NCBI GenBank assembly: GCA_013239625.1
Contig: MU053629.1
Coordinates: 5,046,531-5,066,530, forward strand
Direction: 5' to 3'
DNA length: 20,000 nucleotides
Source of the DNA: Lama guanicoe
Lineage: Eukaryota
Notes under the pieces: generated by a model
What the model saw: only the letters and a program-made list of their open reading frames with translations
Databases searched by the model: none
What the model was told of the DNA's origin: nothing
Translations under genes and position numbers: made by a program
In this document: positions 11,713-20,000 of the stretch, piece by piece
How the letters are laid out: each line of letters starts with the position of its first letter
Position numbering within the stretch: the first letter of the stretch is position 1

Positions 11713-12978
11713 AAGGATTAAATGCATAATTATATGGGTTAATTCCACTCTTTAGAATATTGATGGTAGTCATATATATGTAAACATTTTTCCTTAAAGG
11801 AAATTTTTTGAGTGTTTAGAAATCTAATTTTTCTTCCTTGAATATTTGCTTTGCTGTTTCTCCAAAAATAGCTTGTTTATTATGTTTATAAAATTACATC
11901 AGATGCATTAACTACTTCCTGAGCTTCCCAGTGACTAATTGAGCCCAGACAGAGTGTTTGCAATTCCAGACCTTTCTCCATTTTCGGATAAAAATTTTCA
12001 GGTTCAGGTCACCTGAAGGTTTATGACATTTTTGGAATGGTAACACCATATTCAATACCAGTGGCCGGTTTACAGTAATGACTAGCCAGTAAACAGAAGC
12101 CTAGACCCAGTGTGTTGTATGTGTTACTGTGCAGTGTGAAGGTGGAAATGCGTCTTAGAACACTGCCACAAAATTGAAAGCAAAGGAGCCAGCCAGGAAA
12201 TAGAAAGAGACAAACATCAGTAAATGTAATACATGTTGCTGTCTTTAGATGCTGAGCGTTTAGTATTCATCCAGGAGTCTCCTTTGCTGTTTGGCTTACC
12301 AGGGTGTTTCCAAAGACTAGCATTTCAGCTGCGTTCTTGTCTCTTATGTAATCCCTTAGGCGTTGTCAGAGGAGATAGCTAATGGAAAATGATACTTGCT
12401 ATAGATGTGAAGAGGTTTACCTTAAGTTTCCTTTAGACAAAGCATTTTTATGAGGTGGAGGGGACTGTATGTTATGCTTCATACCCCATTCATAAAAATA
12501 TGGTAGAAGGTTGTAACTAGACCTCTGTTCTTGGAAATCCAACCTTGACATCTTTTGAAATATTCTTTACCACTGTAACTGTATCTGCATACCCCAAGTA
12601 CTTTACATGAAGTTTTAAAAGCAAACAACAGCCTCTTCCTACCTTCTTTTTTTCTCTTTATTTTCTGTAACTTGTCTGTTAACCTCTTGCATGGTTGGGA
12701 TACCATGTTTTCACTCAGGACTATTAGAATTCTTTCTTTTTCTTTTCAGAATCATTTCAGTTCTTCCTTTTTCCTTTCTCTCTCCCCCTTTTTGCTTTCC
12801 CCTAATTTTTGGTAAAGCAAAAAAAGTTTAAACTACTCAGCTGCTTGAACAGCTCACTCTATTGTTGCAGAATCACTCTCTTTGTTCTTTCTTCTTTGTC
12901 CAGTTTTACACCTTCTCCCTTTAAAACCATTCCACCACCTCTTCATCTTGGAGCATCTCTATCCCTTGTCTTGCTGCC

Positions 12979-13095
12979 TTCATTCATTCAGAAGACCTTT
13001 TATGCAAACAGTGTGCTAATGACTATGCCGAGCATTAGGTATACCAAAAAACAGTACCTAGTTTTTGTTCTCATAAATCTCACAAGTCTAGGGGC
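12979..13095 (-). mobile_element. L2 3' end fragment
   Basis: TTCATTCATTCA tail followed by TGTTCTCATAAATCTCACAAGTCTAGGGG, matching the antisense L2 terminus pattern. Confidence 0.5.
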
Positions 13096-13574
13096 CAGCT
13101 GTTAACTCCTCCCTGCTCTCAGATTGCTGCATTCCCCTAGTCTTGTTTATATGTGTTTTCTTTGCAAGAATTTACCTATACTTTTTACTAGCAAACCCTC
13201 TAGTGCTTTTTTAAAAAGATTTCAAAATTTTGTCTGCTGTAGATACGTTTCACTCATATCCCATTCAAGTGGCTCAGCCACGGCCTTCCCCCAACATCCT
13301 GAAAGTGTTGATGTCCTAAAGACAGCATGCGATTCATGAATGTTGGATACCATTGCATCCTTCTCTTGGTCCCTGTGGCCTCTGCAAGATGCTAATAAGT
13401 ACACAAATTATTTCCTAATAATTATGGTAATCTAAATTATATATTGCTTTACTTGTCTTTTGTTTTTTTTCCCCCCAGCACAAAAACTAGGACTCAATGT
13501 GAGATGCAACCCTTTTGTTAAACTTAAAAGTTCAACTGACTCATGGAAATTTTGCAAACCTTTCCTTCTTCTAG

Positions 13575-13717
13575 CATATTAAGTCTTCCACATCAAGCAT
13601 CTCCAGTGTCCCGCACACCAAGCCTCCCTGCTGTAGACACAAGCTATATCAACACATCCCTCATCCAGGACTACAGACATCCTTTCCACATGACACCCAT
13701 GCCTTATGACTTACAAG
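13575..13717 (+). CDS. PIAS1: PIAS1 coding exon (likely exon 12), S/T/P-rich region
   Basis: TTTCCTTCTTCTAG acceptor ending at 13574; donor G|GTGAGT at 13718. The 143 nt encode (G)ILSLPHQASPVSRTPSLPAVDTSYINTSLIQDYRHPFHMTPMPYDLQ. Confidence 0.95.
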
Positions 13718-14494
13718 GTGAGTCACCAGTTCTGTGTTGTCACACAGCGTTATAAATGCCTTTGATCTCTGTAGTCTTCTTCTGGATAAGTCTAAAGAAG
13801 AATTGGAAGATTGGGAAAAGAGGGGGCTGGATCTAGGAAACTGGGAGAAATATATACTGTGGTCATGAATAAATTCGAACTCAGTACCTTGTTTGTACCT
13901 TCATCAAGAGCCAGTGTTTTACTACTAGTGGTGAAAACAGTGCAGTGATCTTTAGGTTTTGTGGGCTTCAAAGTATTCTGAGGTGGCTTTTTAATGACTT
14001 CCAGTATGTTGCTTTGAATTTTTATATTTGTGAAAATTATTTTTTTTCCCTGAATCCAGTTACAACAATGCAGCAGGCATTGTGGGTAACTATGTTGTAC
14101 TATCTTTTAGATGATGTAGAATTGAGACATTGGAAAAATTTTAATTTTTGTTCCAGTGAACCTGATTCTTCTTTTTAAAAGTAATTTGAAGTCAGTGTAC
14201 TCATTTCTATGATGTATTTTGAGTTCATAACAATTGTTTACATTATCAAAAAGAATTACTAGGTCTCATATATCTTTGTGATTTAGTAATTTATATATTA
14301 GCCATATATAATCTTAGAACATATTTTAAATTACAAAAAACCATATATGCTCATTGTAGCAAATAAAATACAAAAACATAAAGTAGAAGCTCCCCCCCGC
14401 CCCTTCCCTACAGTAAGATTCAGGGTCACTGGCAAGGATTCTTGGGAGCTGAGATAGTTGAATGGATTCTTAGTGATTGCTCTGAAAACCGTTT

Positions 14495-14696
14495 CAGCTC
14501 TGTGCAGTAGAACTTTCGGCAGTGAGGGAAATGTAATCTATACTGGCTAATACAGTAGCCACTAGCCACCTGTGGTCATCGAGCATTTAAAACATGGCTA
14601 GTGTGACTACAGGACTGAAGTTTTCATTTTACTTAATCTCAGTCAGTTTAAATAGCCACATCGCATGGCTAGTGGCCACTCTGTTAGACAGTGCAG
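14495..14696. mobile_element. MER3-like hAT-Charlie MITE
   Basis: TAGAACTTTC...GGAAATGT...AATACAGTAGCCACTAGCCAC...TTTAAATAGCCACAT...GGCTAGTGGC...GACAGTGCAG. Internal inverted repeat GCCACTAGCCA/TGGCTAGTGGC. Candidate 8-bp TSD AACCGTTT (14487-14494) / CCCCGTTT (14697-14704). Confidence 0.82.
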
Positions 14697-15185
14697 CCCC
14701 GTTTCTCACTTAGCCCACTGCTGACCTCACTGGCGAGGACCGCAGTGCTATGCATTTGCAGGTCCTTACGCTGTAATCTGGTTCTAGTGCAGACAGTGGA
14801 TGGGTCCCAGGGTATTTGTGTTATTGTTGTATTTTTATCTCCATCTGCTTGTTGTACTTTTCCCCCAGTGTAGATAACACAACAAGACATTTTATTCATG
14901 TTGGTTTGCTTGCTCTTCATTGCACTGCACACTGGGCAATATGGACTAGAATGTGAGGTAGAAGGGATCGGCTTGCAGTGACCTCCTGGCAGCCAGGGAT
15001 GAGAACTGGTCCTTCTGTAATAGCCTCCCTGCCAGCAGTTGGACACCCCCCCAGATCTCTTCCCCCTCTTATGTCACCCAGGAGTCCCTGAGTTACCATC
15101 GGTACAGACAGTGGGAAGTTGAGCAAATGTGAGAAAGAAAAAGAAAATCTGTTTTACAGCTTGCTTACTGTCTTTCAACTTCAAA

Positions 15186-15280
15186 CCTTCTCATCCACAA
15201 AATGAGGCCAAAAATAGTTACATACCTCATTAGGTGATTGTGAGTGATAAATTAGAATAGATTTAAAAGTTGCTTTACAG
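15186..15280 (+). mobile_element. MIR fragment (core and 3' part)
   Basis: TTCTCATCCACAAAATGAGG...ATAGTTACATACCTCATTAGGTGATTGTGAG follows the MIR consensus. Confidence 0.6.
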
Positions 15281-15606
15281 GAGTCAGTGAGAGCATTTGA
15301 TGAAAAGTGCTGTGTCAGCTTTAAGGGACCAACATTAGATTTAACAGGGCCACAGTGGCCGAAGTCCCACAAGTGGAGTCCCTGGGAGCGAAAATCATTG
15401 CTAAAGCTTGGCCTTCAGACTTCAGTAATCCAGAAGTGGGACAGACGTGAAACGTTGAAGCTCAACTCTTTATGTTTAAATAAAATTCTAAATGAATTTG
15501 GAATTAGCTTTTAAGATACTGTACTTGTTTTTGTAGTATTGTGGCATTTGGAAGGGGTTTTGTCCTTTTTTTTTCTTTTTAACTAAAATAATTTTTTCTC
15601 CCACAG

Positions 15607-15644
15607 GATTAGATTTCTTTCCTTTCTTATCAGGAGACAATCAG
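15607..15644 (+). CDS. PIAS1: PIAS1 38-nt coding exon (likely exon 13); absent from the ORF track
   Basis: TTTTTTCTCCCACAG acceptor ending at 15606; donor CAG|GTATGT at 15645. Encodes GLDFFPFLSGDNQ and is required to convert phase 1 to phase 0 for the last exon. Confidence 0.93.
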
Positions 15645-16085
15645 GTATGTTATATGAAAAAAAAAACTATTATTTTAATTCTACATTAAAATACTTAACA
15701 GTATAGTATGTAGCCAAGAGAGGAAATTTCCTTAGAAAATTCATAGTAGTCATACCCATTTATTGTTATGGATTTAAAATTGTAAGTAATAGTTCCTTTG
15801 TTTCAGCTGCACCTAAATATATAATAAAAACAGTCTCTATTTGTTGGTTTCCAGTGCTGTTTTATAAAGAAACAGGGCAGTCATATTGACTGATACATCG
15901 CTTAGCCAAGGATCTCCCAAAGAGGAAGAAAGTGGACTGTTCTCCATCCTGTAGCTTCTGAGCATATGCCTGTTTGGAAATAGCATTTTGAGAATTGCTT
16001 GCAATACAAGTTAAAACAAAAAACAGTAAAACAGATTTGCCCCCAGTTTCAGATACAAAAATGTCTTTTAAGATCAATGATGTGA

Positions 16086-16262
16086 AGGAGGGAGTGTATA
16101 TATAGCTCAGTGGCAGAGTGCCTGCTCAGCACGCATGAGGACCTGGGCTCAATCCTGATGAAAACAAACAATAAATAGATAAATTACCTAATTACCTTCT
16201 CCCCCCAAAATTAAAAACAAAACAAAAATTTATTTTAAAGAAGCTATTTCAATTTAAAAAAA
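16086..16262 (+). mobile_element. tRNA-derived SINE, camelid vic-1-like, diverged
   Basis: TAGCTCAGTGGCAGAGTGCCTGCTCAGCACGCATGAGGACCTGGGCTCAATCC, then CCTAATTACCTTCTCCCCCC and an A-rich tail; exact TSD AATGATGTGA at 16076-16085 and 16263-16272. Confidence 0.87.
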
Positions 16263-16424
16263 AATGATGTGATCATTACTAAGTCATTTGCTTTCGCAAA
16301 ACGGTAACTAAATACTTCAGAAACACCAGGTACTCAGAATATATTAAATTTCAGACTTTGTCTTGCTGAGAAGAGAGCTGATTATTTTATGAGTATAACT
16401 AACTTTATTTCCTTATGTATTTTT

Positions 16425-16775
16425 CGGTCTCTCGTCTCGCCTCCCAGCATTATAACACCTCGCTCCTCGCCGCCGCCGCCGCCGCGGTCTCAGATGATCA
16501 AGACCTCCTACACTCGTCGCGGTTTTTCCCATATACCTCCTCCCAGATGTTCCTCGATCAGCTCAGCGCGGGCGGCAGCGCTTCGCTGCCCACCACCAAC
16601 GGGAGCAGCAGCGGCAGCAACGGCAGCCTCGTGTCCTCCAGCAGCCTGCGGGAGAGCCACAGCCACGCCGTGGCCGGCAGGAGCGGCGCGGACACGGCGT
16701 CCATCTTCGGCATCATACCGGACATTATCTCGTTGGACTGATTCTCTTGCCCCTGCTGCTCCCGTCCCCACCCCA
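16425..16775. other. Small CpG-island-like patch over the terminal coding exon
   Basis: Hand count for 16448-16741: 190/294 G+C and 33 CpG (observed/expected about 1.1); three more CpGs in the preceding polypyrimidine tract. Confidence 0.85.
16448..16741 (+). CDS. PIAS1: PIAS1 terminal coding exon (likely exon 14), ending IFGIIPDIISLD*
   Basis: CTCCCAG acceptor ending at 16447; branch-point-like AACTAAC at 16397-16403; 97 codons HYNTSLLAAAAAAVSDDQ...DIISLD, TGA at 16739-16741. The six exons total 948 nt (315 aa plus stop), consistent with residues 337-651 of a 651-aa PIAS1. Confidence 0.96.
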   Translation, partial: HYNTSLLAAAAAAVSDDQDLLHSSRFFPYTSSQMFLDQLSAGGSASLPTTNGSSSGSNGSLVSSSSLRESHSHAVAGRSGADTASIFGIIPDIISLD

Positions 16776-16974
16776 GATTAAATGAACTTGGCAGAAAGAG
16801 GAGAACTTTGTGCTATGTTTTACCTTATTCTGTTTGGAAAAGTACACAAGCGTGTTTTTTTTTTCCTTTTTTTAGGGAAAAAAAATTAAAAGAAATGTAC
16901 AGAGAACAAAACTATATTTTCAGTTTTACTTTTGTATATAAATCTAAGACTGCCTGTCTGATAAAAATACTTGT

Positions 16975-17018
16975 AAAAAACAAAAAAAAAAAGAAAGAAA
17001 AGAAAAAAGAAAAAAAAA
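16975..17018 (+). repeat. Genomic A-rich tract
   Basis: 44 nt of A interrupted only by one C and a few G. Confidence 0.9.
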
Positions 17019-18589
17019 GTACCCACAAACCACCTTCAGTTCATTTTTTCTGGATTCTGAAGACTTTTTTTTTCCCCCCATCATTTGTCCTATGGTTTTG
17101 GTTTTATTTTACTTCAATGGCATTATTTTATTTGCAATAACAGAAAAGGAATTGCATGTATGAAGTTTTAAATTGTGGGCTTTTCTTTGTTGTGGGGAGG
17201 GGGCCGGGGAGGATAGTTTTAATTTCCATTTTCTAAAAATGACAGACTTGGATTCTGTTTGTGTGTGTGCATATTTCATCCAGCCTTAAGTTATAAATCT
17301 CATCTGTCCCACTGCATTCCCTGTGTATTTTCAGGACATAGCTTGTGCGTGTGTGCGTTCAGTGTGTGTCTGTGTGTATTTTTCTGTCATTACTGTTCCT
17401 TCTCCCGAGTTTGCATTCAGTTGATAAATCAGTTGCCTGCTTTTTTCAAAGTGCTTTGAAGGTCTTGAACTCACATACGAGCATCTTTATCAACTATCCC
17501 AATTGCATGTTCTCCATCACATGTTCTCTCTTATTTGCTAGATACCCCCTGAGAATGTGTTTCAGAGATGGGAGGAAACCGTCTGGTAAGGTAGGCTTAG
17601 CAGGTCTGTGAATAACACACTTTAGTCTAGTTCTTTATTCTGAATTTGGATTGCCAGTATTACGTATTTAAACCAAGTCTGTGAACACCTACTTTTTTTG
17701 GCCACAGGGTAAAAAGTTTTCATATAAGATCTTGATACCAAAGTAGGAAGTTAAAAATAGCTTAGAAAGCCCTGTTGGGTGTCTTGTGCAGCTGACAGAG
17801 GTAAGGCTACATCACCTCAAAAAAGACAGTCAGTTATCCTAAAAGTAACTTCTCTTCAGAAAATACAACACACCACACATGTCAGTCTGTAGAAATCCAT
17901 CATCTGATAAACGAAATTCAAAATGGGCTTGACCCTTAGTCGCTTTTACTCTCTGGTTCTGAGCGTACTTACTTTCTTAGCCTAGTTACCTTGTTTTGTT
18001 TTGTTTTTTTCTTCACCTTTTAAAGACAAGCATGACATAGGAAAGTCACTTTTTTTTTTTAAAGAACTCATGGATCAGTCTGATCTATTCTTACTAATAA
18101 TGGAACATGTAAATATATTGAAAACTGTTTTTCAGGAGATGAGTGAGGGTTGGCGGGAAGGAAAAAGTGGTTCTACTTGTGTTCCAAAATTGTCATCAGA
18201 GAAGATAATACGTTCTTCAGGTAATATCTGAAGGTGTCGAATATATTTTTTAGCTGATTGAAAGGTTTAATGGAAAAGGTAAAGAAGGGGCATAATGATT
18301 ACCAGTTTTCCAGACTGGATTTTTATATCACAACCATGTTAATGTTCTCAGAGTTGTTCTCAGAGTTGATGAAGGACCACCTTTGTGTATAAAATTGTCA
18401 TTCTGAACCTTGCAGTGTTAACAAATTGACCTGCTTTAATCCAGTTAGAATTCAAGATGGCTGTGTCTTCAATTGTATGATAAAATTAATGGTTCACCCG
18501 ACTGTGTGGCACCTAAAAATAATACGTTTTTGCAGCATCTCTCTGCCACTAAATTGTTGACTTGAATTTTGAAAAACAAGCTGGTATTG

Positions 18590-18640
18590 CTATGTATATG
18601 TGTGTGTGTATATATGTATTTATAGACAAGTGTGTGTGAG
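18590..18640. repeat. Imperfect TG/TA dinucleotide tract
   Basis: TATGTATATGTGTGTGTGTATATATGTAT...GTGTGTGTGAG. Confidence 0.75.
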
Positions 18641-19618
18641 TGACAAGTGAGTTATATAGTCTTCCCCTGCGCATGTGTATTCCACACATACATGGCTGAT
18701 TTACAGTCACTAAACGATTTGCAATTAAAAAAAAGTTCATTGTCACTTAAAACAAAATAGTTAAGTTTTTAAATGAATCTGGTGTAATGGTGAGTAAACA
18801 CTTTAGAACTCTCATTGCCATGCTAACTTAGACTAATATCTAATAGTATTATAATTTGTGTCTAAATTCAGATTGGGATAGAAATTACTTAAATTGTGGG
18901 GAGTTGCCTCTTATTTCACATTGTAATAGGAAACTTTCTCTTAATTCAACTACCTAAGATAAAATGAATAGGTGTTTTGGGTTTTTTTTTGTCGACGTTA
19001 GTGGTCTCAAAATTCTGATCAATAACTTTGTGTCTGATGCTGAATTACAAACTCTTTGAATGATCCAGTTGAAAACCCGTCCCTCTACTTTCTTCAGCCC
19101 GGTTTTGGAAAGGGTTTATTTCCCTCAGCGTCCTGCATTCTACCAACCTAAGGGAAGAACAGGTAACAGGGAGAAATACATGTCTGTCTAGTGGCTTTGG
19201 TCATGTCTCCATAGGAGAAACTAACCGTTTGGTTTGTCTTTTTATTTTAGTTCATTCCACTCTAAGGAGTCTGTTCCTTTCAGTTGTTAACTTTCTAAAA
19301 CGTAGCAGTAGTGGTAGCAGTGACAGCTGTGGCCATCACTCCGTTGGTCTCATGGCCGGTATTAGACTTTGATGGTTCATAGTAATTACTGGTAGGGTCA
19401 TGCACTGCAGCTTTATCTTCTAAGTTTAAAAAAAAAAAAGGCATATAGTCATTTCCTTTTTTCTTAGCCCACCGTTACTCCCCCCACCCTTGCTAACACT
19501 GACATGCTGTCTGTGGACAAATAATAGTTCTCAGAATCTTTAGTCAAGTTGCCACCATCCCCCTTGCCTTGGTCATTTATAATAGGTGTGCACATGTTTG
19601 TATTTCTGTACAGTACTC

Positions 19619-19662
19619 TGTGTGTGTGTGCGTGTGTGTATACGCACACGCACACACACACA
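19619..19662. repeat. (TG)n-(CA)n compound microsatellite forming a 44-bp palindrome
   Basis: Centre between 19640 and 19641; 21 of 22 positions are complementary, the exception being a T/G pair. Confidence 0.92.
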
Positions 19663-20000
19663 TCTTTGATAAAATAGCTGTTTGACTAGCAGGGTTGAAG
19701 TGGCTTTTAATTGTTTTGGGCATTATTGAACACATCTTTTTAAAACAATCTGGACCTTAACCATGCCACACTCAGTTGACTAATTTATTTTGAGCATTAA
19801 AAGTTTTCTACTTCTATTAACTTAGACATCACACTATTATTACTGACTCAGAAAAGATTCACTTAAGCTTCTGAAAAATGTGATTTCTTGGCAGATTTTC
19901 CTTTGATTCAGATGTCTGAAACTGAATGAAAACATCCCAATTTTAAATGACTAATTGTGGAAAGAACATTGTTTTTAAACAGCTCCAATTTTAAACACAG

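Larger units (their letters stand above)
16742..20000 (+). other. PIAS1: Presumed PIAS1 3' UTR (3' end not defined within the window)
   Basis: Follows the stop codon; U-rich; no interspersed repeat recognised over 3.2 kb. No AATAAA seen on +, only ATTAAA at 16777, 16885, 18724 and 19796. Confidence 0.6.

Noticed and set aside
4866..15514. Remaining intronic ORFs of 60-120 aa (for example 6337-6639, 12809-13105, 14684-15046)
   Set aside because: No recognisable domains, many non-ATG starts, and lengths expected by chance.
16469..16486. (GCC)5GCG as a poly-Ala expansion
   Set aside because: Six alanines matches the PIAS1 length I recall; only the codon purity is notable, and that is part of the GC shift.
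16508..16771. Antisense 87-aa ORF over the last exon
   Set aside because: Explained by stop-codon depletion in GC-rich sequence; no recognisable protein.
18343..18368. 12-bp tandem duplication TGTTCTCAGAGT x2
   Set aside because: Ordinary slippage duplication with no sign of function.
16808..19661. ORFs in the 3' region (poly-Lys/Phe, CV repeats)
   Set aside because: Translations of homopolymer and dinucleotide tracts.
1..20000. CRISPR array, operon or other prokaryotic/viral system
   Set aside because: No repeat-spacer array and no long intronless ORFs; the window is explained as part of a spliced mammalian gene with transposon relics.

Overview
Mammalian genomic DNA, AT-rich, with spliceosomal introns. 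The tRNA-derived SINEs and a young L1 3' end point to a camelid (alpaca, llama or camel). The window holds the 3' half of PIAS1 (SUMO E3 ligase) on the + strand. There are six GT-AG coding exons (7222-7382, 8998-9128, 9823-10003, 13575-13717, 15607-15644, 16448-16741), probably equivalent to human exons 9-14. They splice in frame to 315 aa plus stop, covering the SP-RING, the acidic SIM and the S/T-rich tail. About 3.3 kb of presumed 3' UTR follows. The introns carry ordinary repeats: a decayed L1 with a nested L1 3' end, three SINEs, a tiny L1 tail insertion, hAT MITEs, MIR and L2. I found no undescribed multi-gene system. The clearest anomaly is the terminal coding exon: a sharp CpG-island-like patch (hand count about 65% GC, GC3 83/97, 33 CpGs in 294 bp) in an AT-rich gene, suggesting local GC-biased gene conversion that has changed the protein. 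A 44-bp near-perfect alternating purine-pyrimidine palindrome lies in the distal 3' region. Repeat family names and human comparisons are from memory, not database searches.
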